Positions 1 to 8,509 of a stretch of DNA of 39,264 nt are shown piece by piece. This DNA comes from Sandaracinaceae bacterium. Its GTDB lineage: Bacteria > Myxococcota_A > Polyangia > Polyangiales > Sandaracinaceae. The translations under genes and the position numbers were made by a program. The notes beneath the pieces were generated by a model. It did not search any database, was not told the origin of the DNA, and saw nothing but the letters and a program-made list of their open reading frames with translations. The stretch spans positions 1 through 39,264 of the forward strand of contig JBGAQA010000061.1 of NCBI GenBank assembly GCA_044220955.1. Direction: 5' to 3'. The stretch's first letter is position 1. Every line of letters starts with the position of its first letter.

Positions 1-156
1 GGTGCGAGCAAGCTCATCGTCGCGATCGATGTGGCGAAGCTGAAGATGATGGCGGGGTTCGGGAGCGAGGTCGAGAGCGAGAGCGAGGTCGAGAGCGAGG
101 GCGAGGGCTCCCTGGATCGACGACCGCTCGGGCACGACGAGGCTGCCATGCGCTAG
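1..156 (+). CDS. 3' end of a gene running in from the left edge (hypothetical; C-terminus loosely Crp/Fnr-like, with an acidic ES-rich tail)
   Basis: Frame 1 is open from base 1 to TAG at 154-156: GASKLIVAIDVAKLKMMAGFGSEVESESEVESEGEGSLDRRPLGHDEAAMR*. Third positions are GC-biased. The Crp resemblance is weak. Confidence 0.5.
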   Translation, partial: GASKLIVAIDVAKLKMMAGFGSEVESESEVESEGEGSLDRRPLGHDEAAMR

Positions 157-211
157 GCGCGGTGTGCCTCGCGAGGCGCGCGGTAGCGCGGCGCCCAGCG
201 CCCCTGAAGAA

Positions 212-3025
212 TCAGCCGAGGGAGCGGAGGATGTCGTCGACGCGCTCGATGTCGGGCAGCCCGATCTTGCGCATGATCGCGCGCGACTCGCGGAGGCGCT
301 CCTTGGCGCCCTCGGTGTCGCCGCGCTCGAGCATGTGCATGCCGAGCTCGGCGAGCGTGCGCGCGGCCTCCTTCTCGTTGCCGAGCTCGCGGAAGGCGTC
401 GATGGCCGTGAGGAACGCCTCCTCCGCGCGCCGGTCGACGGCGCCGGTCGCGTCGAAGAGCGTGCGCGCGCGCAGCGTGCCGATCGCGTGGTGCGCCTCC
501 GCGATGATCTCCTTGCCGCCGTATTCCTTGCCGAGCTCCAGAGCTCGCAGGAGCGTGGCCTCGGCCTTGTCGTCGTTCGCCTTGAGCAGGCTCAGGCCGA
601 GGTTGCGCTCGACCTCCGCGATCATCCGCCGGTCGCCGAGCTCGTGCGCGAGGTCGCGCGCCGCCTCGAGCACGGAGCGCGCCTCGGCGAGCCGGACGTT
701 GGCCTTCGTGAGGGCCTCGCCGAGGTTGTTGAGCAGGAAGCTCTGCGTGCGCCGGTCGGCCATCTTGCGAGCCTCCGTCAGCGCCTGCTTCCAGAACGCC
801 TCCGCGCGCTCCAGGTCCCCGCGCTCGGACGCGAGCGCGCCGAGCACGTTGAGCGACGACGTGATCCCGGCGCGGTCGTTGATCTCCTCGCGGATCGCGA
901 GCGCCGCCTGCGCCGCCTGCTCGGCCGCCGCGAGGTTGCCGCGCGAGAGCGCGATCGCCGTGATCGTGGTGAGCGACACGGCCTCGCCGCGCTTGTCACC
1001 GTGGGCGCGCCGGATCGCCAGCGCCTCGTCGGCGGCGTGCTGAGCCGCGTCGATGTCGCCGCGCAGGCGCTCGACCTGGGCGAGGTCATCGAGGCTGGAG
1101 GCCACTCCGCGCAGGTCCGCGCCCTCGCGGAAGAGCGCGAGCGCGCGCACGAGCACCTCGCGCGCTCGCGCCTCCTCGCCCCGCATCCGGTGTACGCGCG
1201 CGATGCGGTTCAGCGCCGCGCCGCCCTTGCCGCGCGCACCGAGCTTGTGGCTCAGCTCCAGCATCTCGGAGAAGGCCTTGATCGACTCGTCGTACTTGCC
1301 CGTCGTGGTGAGCACGCTGCCGAGCTGGTGCAGCGCATCGATGCGGCGGGCGACGTCGTCCTTCTCGAGCAGCTCGAGCGCCTTCTCGATGAAGCGCATC
1401 GCGCTCTGCGTGCGCATCCGCGTCTGCTCGTCGCGCGCGGCCTCGAGGTAGGCGCGCCCGGCTCGCGCCATCAGTCCAGCCTTCTCGAGGTGCGGCGCAC
1501 CGAGGGCGGGCACGCCCTCCTGCGTCATCTCGAGGTTCGTGGTGATCCAGTGCGCGACGATCGCGTGGCGCGATCTGCGCAGCTCCTCGGACTGCTCGCG
1601 GTACACGTGGTGGTGCGTCTCGCCGTGAACGAAGCGGTACTCGCGCACGCCGGGCAACTCCGAGTGCTCGAGGCCGACGAAGAACCCCTTCTCTTCGAGG
1701 CGCGCGAGCGCGGAGTCGAGCGCGACCTCGTCGTCGTCGTCGGGCCAGATCGAGAGCGGATCGTCGTGTGCCGCAGCCGGCGGGCGCTCCGTGCGCATCA
1801 TCGCGAGGACCGCCCGGTCGTTGGTGACGAGGCCGAGGATCGACGCGCGGTCGACCGTGGCGCGCTCGAGGTCGTCGAGCCGCGAGAGGCGTGCCTTGAT
1901 GGCGTCTTCGATCGTGACCGGCAGGCCGCCGGCCTCGAGCTTGGTCATGTCGACGACGAGGCCGTCTTCGGTCTTGGTGAAGAGCTTGGCCTCGACGAGG
2001 GCGAACACGAGCTCGCGGAGCGCGCCCGGGTTGCCGCCCGAGCGGTGCGTGAGGGCGGCGACGAGCGGCTCGGGTGCGTCGACGAGGGTCGGAAGGATGA
2101 TGTGCAGCATCGAGCCGACGTCCGTCTCGGTGAGCGGTGCGATCGGCCCGACCACGAGGCCGCCCGCGGGCGAGAGCCTCTGCGCGCGCTCGACGACGCC
2201 CTTGTCGCCGACGACGACGACGGTGATCGGCGCGTCGCACGAGAGCACGACGTCGAGCAGGGCCCACGCGTCCTCCTCGGCGAAGTGCGCGTTGTCGATC
2301 AGGATGAGCATCGGCCGCTGCCGCGCGTCCCCCTCGAAGAGCCGCTTGAGCGCGGCCTCTTCGCGCTTGCGGAGCTCGGCGGGCTTGTCGTCCAGGCCCA
2401 TGAGGAAGGGGCTGTCGGGGAAGGGCACGCCCGCGAAGTGACCGAGCAGGTGGCTCGTCTCGCCGATCGCGAGGGCGTCCGCGCTCTGGAGCGCCTCGGC
2501 GACGAACATCGCGATCTGGCCGCGCACGACCTGCGGAGAGCTCGCGGGCGTGACGCCGAAGCGCTCGAGCAGGATGCGCGAGAAGGGCGCGTTCATCGCG
2601 TCGCCGTCGCGGCAGGCGCCGGCGTGGATGCGGATGTTGGGCGCGATACGCGCCGCGAGCTCGGCGGCGTGGAACAGGAGGCGTGAGCGGCCCGAGCCCG
2701 CCTCGCCCTCGAGCGCCACGAGGGTGGGCTTGCCCTGCGCGAGCGCCGTCGTCAGCGCGGCCTGGATGGCCTCGGACGCCTCGGTCTGCCCGACGAGCGG
2801 CGGCTCGAGATCCTCGGGACCGGGCGGCGGCGGTGCGCTGTCGCCCGTGGAGGTGGCGTCGGCGGGGATGGGCGAGACGAGCGTCTCGTCGCCCGTCTGG
2901 CCGGCGAGGTAGCTGCGGCCGGTCGCGCGGGCGGCTCCGAGCGCGACCCCGCACGCGGCACAGGCGCGGAAGGCACGCGGGCTCTCGAACCCGCACTGCG
3001 TGCAGACCTGGCTGACGAGGTTCAT
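212..3025 (-). CDS. Double zinc ribbon + STAND/AAA-type ATPase + TPR repeat protein (937 aa)
   Basis: Start trimmed from ORF 212..4096 to ATG at 3025 (MNLVSQVCTQCGFESPRAFRACAACG, two CxxC). P-loop-like LEGEAGSGRS, Walker B-like LILIDNAH, STAND motif SGGNPGAL, YRFVH, then many TPR-like helices. Confidence 0.85.
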   Translation of the reverse strand: MNLVSQVCTQCGFESPRAFRACAACGVALGAARATGRSYLAGQTGDETLVSPIPADATSTGDSAPPPPGPEDLEPPLVGQTEASEAIQAALTTALAQGKPTLVALEGEAGSGRSRLLFHAAELAARIAPNIRIHAGACRDGDAMNAPFSRILLERFGVTPASSPQVVRGQIAMFVAEALQSADALAIGETSHLLGHFAGVPFPDSPFLMGLDDKPAELRKREEAALKRLFEGDARQRPMLILIDNAHFAEEDAWALLDVVLSCDAPITVVVVGDKGVVERAQRLSPAGGLVVGPIAPLTETDVGSMLHIILPTLVDAPEPLVAALTHRSGGNPGALRELVFALVEAKLFTKTEDGLVVDMTKLEAGGLPVTIEDAIKARLSRLDDLERATVDRASILGLVTNDRAVLAMMRTERPPAAAHDDPLSIWPDDDDEVALDSALARLEEKGFFVGLEHSELPGVREYRFVHGETHHHVYREQSEELRRSRHAIVAHWITTNLEMTQEGVPALGAPHLEKAGLMARAGRAYLEAARDEQTRMRTQSAMRFIEKALELLEKDDVARRIDALHQLGSVLTTTGKYDESIKAFSEMLELSHKLGARGKGGAALNRIARVHRMRGEEARAREVLVRALALFREGADLRGVASSLDDLAQVERLRGDIDAAQHAADEALAIRRAHGDKRGEAVSLTTITAIALSRGNLAAAEQAAQAALAIREEINDRAGITSSLNVLGALASERGDLERAEAFWKQALTEARKMADRRTQSFLLNNLGEALTKANVRLAEARSVLEAARDLAHELGDRRMIAEVERNLGLSLLKANDDKAEATLLRALELGKEYGGKEIIAEAHHAIGTLRARTLFDATGAVDRRAEEAFLTAIDAFRELGNEKEAARTLAELGMHMLERGDTEGAKERLRESRAIMRKIGLPDIERVDDILRSLG

Positions 3026-3072
3026 GGCCCGGGCATTTACGCAGAACGCGAGCGCCGGGACAACAGGGACGC

Positions 3073-4143
3073 TCAGCGCGAGGCGAGGTCCGAGCAGTGC
3101 GCCTCGGCCCGAGCGCGCGCGCGGCGCTGCCGCGTCTCGAGGACCTCCGGCGCGAGCTCGACGAAGGGCGCCTCGGCGCTCGGGCCGCTCTCGCCGCGCG
3201 GGGCGAAGAAGAGCGCGGGGTCGTCGGCGAAGTCGTAGAGCTCCTCGCCCTGCGCGAGCAGCGCGCAGTTGCGGTCCTCGAGCATCCCGACGATGCGCGG
3301 GAAGGCCTCGACGCTCCACGCGTGGATGTCGTGGAGCAGCACGATGCCGCCGCGCACGCCGCGCTCGTTCTCCTCGCGCTCGAGCACGGCCCGGAAGGTC
3401 GCCACGACCGCGTCGGAGGTGCGCACCTGGAAGTCGCCGGTGCCGAGGTTCCAGAGCATCTGCGTGTAGCCGCGCGCGGCGAGCCAGTTGTCGACGCGCG
3501 GCGAGCGCGAGCCGCCGGGCGGCCGGATCAGGTGCGTGCGCTCGCCGAGGACGCGCTCGAAGACCGAGTCGGCCGCGCCGACCTGCTCGTCGAGGCCGAC
3601 GTTGGTCACGAGCGGCAGCTGGAGGTGATCCATCGTGTGGTTGCCGACGAAGTGGCCGCGCAGGACGATCTCTCTCGCGATGTCGGCCAGCTCGCGGTCG
3701 CGCGGGAAGCTGCCCTCGAAGCGGCGCGCGGAGAGGAAGAAGACGGCGCGGACGCGCTCGTGATCGAGCGAGTCGAGCAGGTGGCGCGTGTAGCGATGGT
3801 CGGGACCGTCGTCGAACGTGAAGAGGATGAGGCGGTGGCGCGTGGCGCCGGTCATCACCATCCCGTTGGCGAGGGAGCGGGCGTAGGGGGCGTCGGTGGG
3901 CTCGACCTCGCTCTCGAGCTGGCTCTCGAGCTGGCTCTCGAGCTGGCTCTCGAGCTGGCTCTCGCGCTGGCTCTCGACCTCGCTCTCGACGTCGACGACG
4001 ATCGATGGAGCGATCCCCTCGGCGACCATCGTCTTCGGCGGCTCGGGGCTGGTAGCCGCGGCCGCGACGGCGCCCCCCGCGAGCGCCGAGGCGCACAACG
4101 CCACGCGACCCGCCACACCGAGCGCACCACGCAGACCGACCAT
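3073..4143 (-). CDS. Polysaccharide deacetylase (NodB/CE4 family), exported or membrane-anchored
   Basis: CE4 motifs TFDDGP, NHTMDH, RPPGG, LWNLGTGDF and IVLLHD. Hydrophobic N-terminus. TACCAT lies 6 nt upstream of the ATG. Confidence 0.92.
   Translation of the reverse strand: MVGLRGALGVAGRVALCASALAGGAVAAAATSPEPPKTMVAEGIAPSIVVDVESEVESQRESQLESQLESQLESQLESEVEPTDAPYARSLANGMVMTGATRHRLILFTFDDGPDHRYTRHLLDSLDHERVRAVFFLSARRFEGSFPRDRELADIAREIVLRGHFVGNHTMDHLQLPLVTNVGLDEQVGAADSVFERVLGERTHLIRPPGGSRSPRVDNWLAARGYTQMLWNLGTGDFQVRTSDAVVATFRAVLEREENERGVRGGIVLLHDIHAWSVEAFPRIVGMLEDRNCALLAQGEELYDFADDPALFFAPRGESGPSAEAPFVELAPEVLETRQRRARARAEAHCSDLASR
3899..3994. repeat. 12-bp tandem repeat (CTCTCGAGCTGG x4 perfect plus degenerate copies) encoding an ESQL/ESEV linker in the deacetylase
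   Basis: Units at 3911, 3923, 3935 and 3947 are exact. Those at 3959, 3971 and 3983 are variants. Confidence 0.9.
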
Positions 4144-4201
4144 GCGCTGATGGTAGGTCTACGACTTACATCGACGCCAAATAACCGGCGCCCGCCTCGG
4201 A

Positions 4202-5638
4202 TCAGTGGTGCTCGAAGTTGAACGGGAGGCCGACCGTCACCGGGCCGCCGTGCGGCGCGGGGAAGATCCAGGTCTCGATCTGGTTCGACATGCACTCGGA
4301 CATCGCGGCGGGCATCTCGTCGCCGACGAACGTGACCCCGTCGTCGGCGACGGACCCCGTCATCTCGACCGAGATGCGCGCGGTCACGTGGACGGCGAGC
4401 TCCGGCGTCACCCGAAGCTGGTGCTCGTAGCAGCGCTGCAGCGCCGCGCTGTGCTGGTGCACGACGGGCGTGATCTCCTCGCGCGCGAGCGTCCCCGCGT
4501 GAAACCTGGGTGCCTCGGGCCGCAGATCGTCGGGTGAGAGGTCGAGGCCCTCCGCGCCCACGTCGACGCTCGCCCTGAAGAGCCGCCCGCGCGCGTCCCA
4601 GGCGCTGACGGTCAGCGGGCCCTGACCCACACGCATCGCGATCTGGTCGCTGCCGACGACGCCCACGTCACCGATCTCCCAGCGGACGATGTCGGTGTGC
4701 GAGACGCGGAGGCTCGGCTCGGCGTCGTACGACTCGGTCGCGCCCACCGGCGCCGCGGCCTCGATCGCGGCGGCATCCGCCGGGAAGCGCGCAGGGCCCG
4801 TGAGGCGCTGGTCCACGCTCGGCCCGGTGATGTGGACATCGCCCTCGCGTACGTCGACCGTCAGGGCGCCCGTCGGCTCGTCGAAGTCGACGAAGAACGA
4901 CGCGACCTCGGCCTCGATGCGGAACTGCCCCGCGAGGATCACCGTGCGTGCGCTGCGCACGCTGACGCGGCCACGATCGAGCGCGATCGCCGCATCCCCC
5001 GAGCCTCCGAGCCGCAGCTCCGTGCCCGGGTCCAGCGCGATCGCGGCGCCTTCCTCGAGGCGCGCGTGCAGGCTGCCCGTCGCGCTCGTCGCGATCAGGG
5101 CGCCCGACGCGAGCGCCGCGCCCATCGATGCGGCGCGCACCGCGTCGCCGATGCGGACCTCGCTCGCGCCCGCGACCAGCGTGATCACGGCGTGCGCGTA
5201 CGCATCCTCGTGCGCGACCACCGTCGACGGCGCCGGCGGCGCCACGTCGGCCGGGTGGCGATCGATCACGTACGTCGACCCCGGACCCGCGTCGGCGACC
5301 GTGGTGGGGCTCGGTCCCGCCGGCAGCGCGAGCGCCAGCGCCGCGGCGGCCGCGAGCGCGACGCCGAAGGCCGGGACCATCCAGCCGCGCCGGTGCCTCT
5401 TCGCCTGGACCTGCGCCTCGCGCTCGAGCGCGCGCTCCATCTTCGACCAGTCGAGATCGGGGCCACGATCGTCGCGGATCACGTCGACCGTCGCCTCGTA
5501 GGCCTGGATCGTCGCGAGCTCCCGCTGACACGCCACGCAGCCGCGCAGGTGCTGCTCCACGCGCGCGCGCCCCTGCTTCGAGAGCGCTCCGCTCTCGTAG
5601 GCCATCAACGCGGCGGTCTTGGGGGAGTGTTCGGTCAC
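4202..5638 (-). CDS. Anti-sigma factor: zinc-binding ZAS (zf-HC2) + TM helix + FecR domain + C-terminal AgmX/PglI(TonB-C)-like domain
   Basis: HLRGCVAC (HxxxCxxC), then a TM segment WMVPAFGVALAAAAALALAL. FecR-like LDPGTELRL...LDRGRVSV...VDVREGDVHI. C-terminal LQRCYE...CMSNQIETWIFPAPHGGPVTVGLPFNF. Lies directly downstream of an ECF sigma gene. Confidence 0.85.
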   Translation of the reverse strand: MTEHSPKTAALMAYESGALSKQGRARVEQHLRGCVACQRELATIQAYEATVDVIRDDRGPDLDWSKMERALEREAQVQAKRHRRGWMVPAFGVALAAAAALALALPAGPSPTTVADAGPGSTYVIDRHPADVAPPAPSTVVAHEDAYAHAVITLVAGASEVRIGDAVRAASMGAALASGALIATSATGSLHARLEEGAAIALDPGTELRLGGSGDAAIALDRGRVSVRSARTVILAGQFRIEAEVASFFVDFDEPTGALTVDVREGDVHITGPSVDQRLTGPARFPADAAAIEAAAPVGATESYDAEPSLRVSHTDIVRWEIGDVGVVGSDQIAMRVGQGPLTVSAWDARGRLFRASVDVGAEGLDLSPDDLRPEAPRFHAGTLAREEITPVVHQHSAALQRCYEHQLRVTPELAVHVTARISVEMTGSVADDGVTFVGDEMPAAMSECMSNQIETWIFPAPHGGPVTVGLPFNFEHH

Positions 5639-5649
5639 GGCAGTCTCGG

Positions 5650-6372
5650 TCAGGGGCGGCTCTCGCGGGTGGTGTCCGCGGCGGCGGGCGCGACGTTCTT
5701 CGCGGCCGCAGGACCGACGTTCTTCTGCAGCGTGCTCAGCACGGCCTCGAGGATCGGCTCGGCTGCCATCGCGGCGTAGAGCTCCTTGCGAGCGTAGAAC
5801 AGCCGGGTCCGGACCGTGAGCACGGGGGCTCCGACGAGCTCGGCGATCTCCTTGGCGGGCATTCCCTCGAAGTCGTGCAGGACGATGACCTCGCGCTTCT
5901 TGTCACCCAGCTGATCCAGCAGCCGGTACAGCACGCGCACCCGCTCGCGCTGCTCGGAGAGCGATTCCGGGTCGTCGCGCCGGGCGTCCTGCTCGCTCGC
6001 GACGTCGGGCACCTCCACGTCGGCGAAGCGGGGCCGAGAGCGGCCCTTGCGCAGGTGCATCCGGGCCACGTTCACGGCCAGCCGGTAGAGCCAGGTCGAG
6101 AAGCGCGAGTCACCGCGGAACGTCGGCAGGGAGCGGTAGACGTGGAGGAAGACCTCCTGGACGACGTCGTCGACGTCGGGGGAAGGGCCCAGGAGCCTGT
6201 AGACCACACGGGCGACGTCCTGGCGATGGGCGCGGAAGATCTCGCGAAACGCCGCGGCGTCGCCAGAGAGAGCCCTATCGATCAGCGCGCGCGCGGGATC
6301 CATGCGTCGGGCGGCCTCGCGGCTTTCGGCCGTGGCCGAGGTGGGGAATGCGATCGAGATCGACGATAACAT
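5650..6372 (-). CDS. ECF RNA polymerase sigma factor (sigma-24 type)
   Basis: GDAAAFREIF, DVDDVVQEVFL, FRGDSRFSTWLYRLAVN, and region 4 KREVIVLHDFEGMPAKEIAELVGAPVLTVRTRLFYARKEL. Start set at ATG 6372 (GAGAGGTG upstream); alternative ATG at 6303. Confidence 0.93.
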   Translation of the reverse strand: MLSSISIAFPTSATAESREAARRMDPARALIDRALSGDAAAFREIFRAHRQDVARVVYRLLGPSPDVDDVVQEVFLHVYRSLPTFRGDSRFSTWLYRLAVNVARMHLRKGRSRPRFADVEVPDVASEQDARRDDPESLSEQRERVRVLYRLLDQLGDKKREVIVLHDFEGMPAKEIAELVGAPVLTVRTRLFYARKELYAAMAAEPILEAVLSTLQKNVGPAAAKNVAPAAADTTRESRP

Positions 6373-6430
6373 GGCACCTCTCGCTCCCCATCCGTTGCGG
6401 CGGCCCGGGTGTGCGTTCAGTGACGGAACG

Positions 6431-6460
6431 AAAAAGGCCACGTCGCTGCGGGACGTGGCC
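6431..6460 (-). terminator. Intrinsic terminator downstream of the Cys-rich lipoprotein gene
   Basis: On the minus strand, GGCCACGTC-CCGCAGC-GACGTGGCC followed by TTTTT (9-bp stem plus U-tract). Confidence 0.85.
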
Positions 6461-6497
6461 GTCTTCGTCGCGACGCCGGCGGGACGCCGGCCGCGAA

Positions 6498-7193
6498 TCA
6501 GCGCGCCGTGGGCACGAACGGCTCGGTGCCGTGGCCGCACATCGTCTGGGCCTCCTCGACGGTGCCGTAGAACCAGGAGAGGCCGCAGTGACCGACCGCG
6601 CCCGTGGTGGCGCAGGGCGTGGTCGCCCAGGTACCGCCGCCCGTGGTGCACGCCTCGCCCGTCGAGGCGAGCTGCGCCGGATCCACGATGTACTCGTTGC
6701 ACCGGGCAGGCGTCGCCGTGGTGCAGCTCCCGTCCGCGCGCTCGTGCAGCGGCGGGGCCACGGCGCTCGCCGCGCTCGCGTCGGACAGGTCGTAGAAGTG
6801 CATGTGCTCCGGGCACGCGGCCTGCGCGGACGCCACGTTGGCCGTCGGGCCGTAGAACCAGGTGTTGGTGGAATCGCCGCACCACGCGATCGCCGTGTCG
6901 CCGCCCGGGCAGATGCCGTCCGACCAGCGGCCACCCTGGGCCTCGCAGTCCGTCCGCGCCTGCGTTCGGCCCTCCTCGTTCAGCGCGCGGAGCACCTCGT
7001 GACAGACGCCCTGCGCTTCCCGCATGCAGCTGCCGTGTGATCCGGCGTGCAGACCGTGCGGCCCCTCACCGCGCTCACCGCCGCCCGTCGGATGATCGCC
7101 GCCACCGCCACCGCTGCTGCTGCTGCCGCTTCCGCCGCCACACGCGAGCAGCGTTGCGATCGCGAGCGCGCTCACCCAAACGTTCTTCCTCAT
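6498..7193 (-). CDS. Cys-rich lipoprotein with two internal repeats
   Basis: Signal peptide with lipobox (MRKNVWVSALAIATLLA-C), Gly/Ser linker, and two ~75-aa repeats of the form GSC..C.E...C...GG.W...C.......C....WFYG....AQ..C. GGAGG RBS upstream. Confidence 0.8.
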   Translation of the reverse strand: MRKNVWVSALAIATLLACGGGSGSSSSGGGGGDHPTGGGERGEGPHGLHAGSHGSCMREAQGVCHEVLRALNEEGRTQARTDCEAQGGRWSDGICPGGDTAIAWCGDSTNTWFYGPTANVASAQAACPEHMHFYDLSDASAASAVAPPLHERADGSCTTATPARCNEYIVDPAQLASTGEACTTGGGTWATTPCATTGAVGHCGLSWFYGTVEEAQTMCGHGTEPFVPTAR

Positions 7194-7298
7194 CGAGCCC
7201 CTCCGTCCTTCATGCCGTCCCGCGGCGGCGGGGACGCTAACACGCCACCCGAAGGTGGGCGCAAGTCAGGAGTGCGAGGGGCCGACCGGAACGTCGGG

Positions 7299-7442
7299 TC
7301 AGCCGCGCGGGCGGTTCACGAACGAGACGACGTCCTGACCGACGAGCAGCACGGCGAGCGTGAGAGCGACGACAGCCATGGCCCGGAGGGTCCGCTCGCC
7401 ACGATCGACGCGTCCAGAAAGCGGCGTCGATTCTTGCCCCAC
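7299..7442 (-). CDS. Putative small single-TM protein (47 aa; 26 aa if started at ATG 7379)
   Basis: Not in the supplied ORF track (too short). GTG 7442 gives MGQESTPLSGRVDRGERTLRAMAVVALTLAVLLVGQDVVSFVNRPRG*. The TM half has GC3-rich codons and the ORF fills an intergenic gap. Confidence 0.5.
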   Translation of the reverse strand: MGQESTPLSGRVDRGERTLRAMAVVALTLAVLLVGQDVVSFVNRPRG

Positions 7443-7504
7443 CTCGGCGCATGGACTAGAGGCAGCCCGGTTTTCTCGGGAGGCGGCGTGATCGAGGTGG
7501 TCCG

Positions 7505-8509
7505 ATGATCGAGGTCGAGGGCCTGACGAAGCGGTACGGTCTGCGCACGGCGGTCGACGGGATCTCGTTCTCGGTCGAGAAGGGCGAGATCGTGGGGTTT
7601 CTGGGGCCGAACGGCGCCGGGAAGAGCACGACCCTGCGCATGCTGACGGGGTTCCTCGCCCCGAGCGGGGGCACGATCCGGATCGACGGGATCGACATGC
7701 TCGACAAGCCGATCGAGGCCCGCCGCCGGATCGGCTACATGCCCGAGGCGTGCCCGCTCTACCCGGAGATGCGGGTGGTCGAGTACCTGCGCTACCGCGC
7801 CGAGCTCAAAGGCGTCCCGGGCAAGGACATCGGTCGTCGCGTGGACGCCGCGCTCGGGCAGGCCAGCGTGACCGAGGTCGCCTCGCGGATCATCGGGCAG
7901 CTCAGCAAGGGCACGCGGCAGCGGGTGGGCCTCGCCGACGCGCTGGTCGCCGATCCACCGCTCCTGGTGCTCGACGAGCCGACCGCGGGGCTCGATCCCA
8001 ACCAGATCCGGCAGGTCCGAGATCTGATCCGGGGATTCGCCAAGACGAAGACCGTCCTGCTCTCCACGCACATCCTCCCGGAGGTCGAGGCCTCGTGCGA
8101 ACGGGTGGTCATCATCCACAAGGGGCGCGTCGTGCAGGAGGGCTCGCCCGACGAGCTCAAGGCGCCGCCGGCGCGGGAGCGGGCGTTCGTGCTGCGCAGC
8201 AAGGCCAGCGGCGAGGCGCTCGGCAAGGCGCTCGGGGGGATCGCTCGCGGGTTCGAGAGCAAGACCGACGCGGACGGCGTGACGCGCGTCGTCGTGCGGA
8301 TCGCCGACGGCGAGGATCTCGCGGAGCGGATCTTCGAGGCGGTGGCGGGCGCGGGCCTCACGCTGCGTGAGCTGACCGAGGCCAAGGGCGCCTCGCTCGA
8401 GGACGTGTTCAGCCTGCTCACGCACGGGGACGCGGCGAAGGCGAACGACGCCGAGGACGACGACGACGCGGGCTCGAGCGCGAGCGACGACGCCGAGGAC
8501 GACGAATGA
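7505..8509 (+). CDS. ABC transporter ATP-binding protein (GldA-like)
   Basis: Walker A GPNGAGKST, signature-like LSKGTRQR, Walker B LVLDEP, GLDPNQI, and H-loop STHILPEVE. Acidic C-terminal tail. Confidence 0.95.
   Translation: MIEVEGLTKRYGLRTAVDGISFSVEKGEIVGFLGPNGAGKSTTLRMLTGFLAPSGGTIRIDGIDMLDKPIEARRRIGYMPEACPLYPEMRVVEYLRYRAELKGVPGKDIGRRVDAALGQASVTEVASRIIGQLSKGTRQRVGLADALVADPPLLVLDEPTAGLDPNQIRQVRDLIRGFAKTKTVLLSTHILPEVEASCERVVIIHKGRVVQEGSPDELKAPPARERAFVLRSKASGEALGKALGGIARGFESKTDADGVTRVVVRIADGEDLAERIFEAVAGAGLTLRELTEAKGASLEDVFSLLTHGDAAKANDAEDDDDAGSSASDDAEDDE

Noticed and set aside
164..2686. Long plus-strand ORF (840 aa) and similar long shadow ORFs (13716..16556, 26561..29518, 33051..35444, 35144..37954)
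   Set aside because: They are antisense or off-frame shadows of motif-bearing genes. Stop codons are scarce at this GC content and the translations have no recognisable motifs.
3026..4096. Apparent N-terminal extensions of track ORFs (212..4096, 13890..17888, 18474..21800, 30165..32903, 30480..35468, 37029..38762)
   Set aside because: The extensions overlap other real genes and are Arg/Ala-rich noise. Starts were trimmed to signal peptides or domain boundaries.
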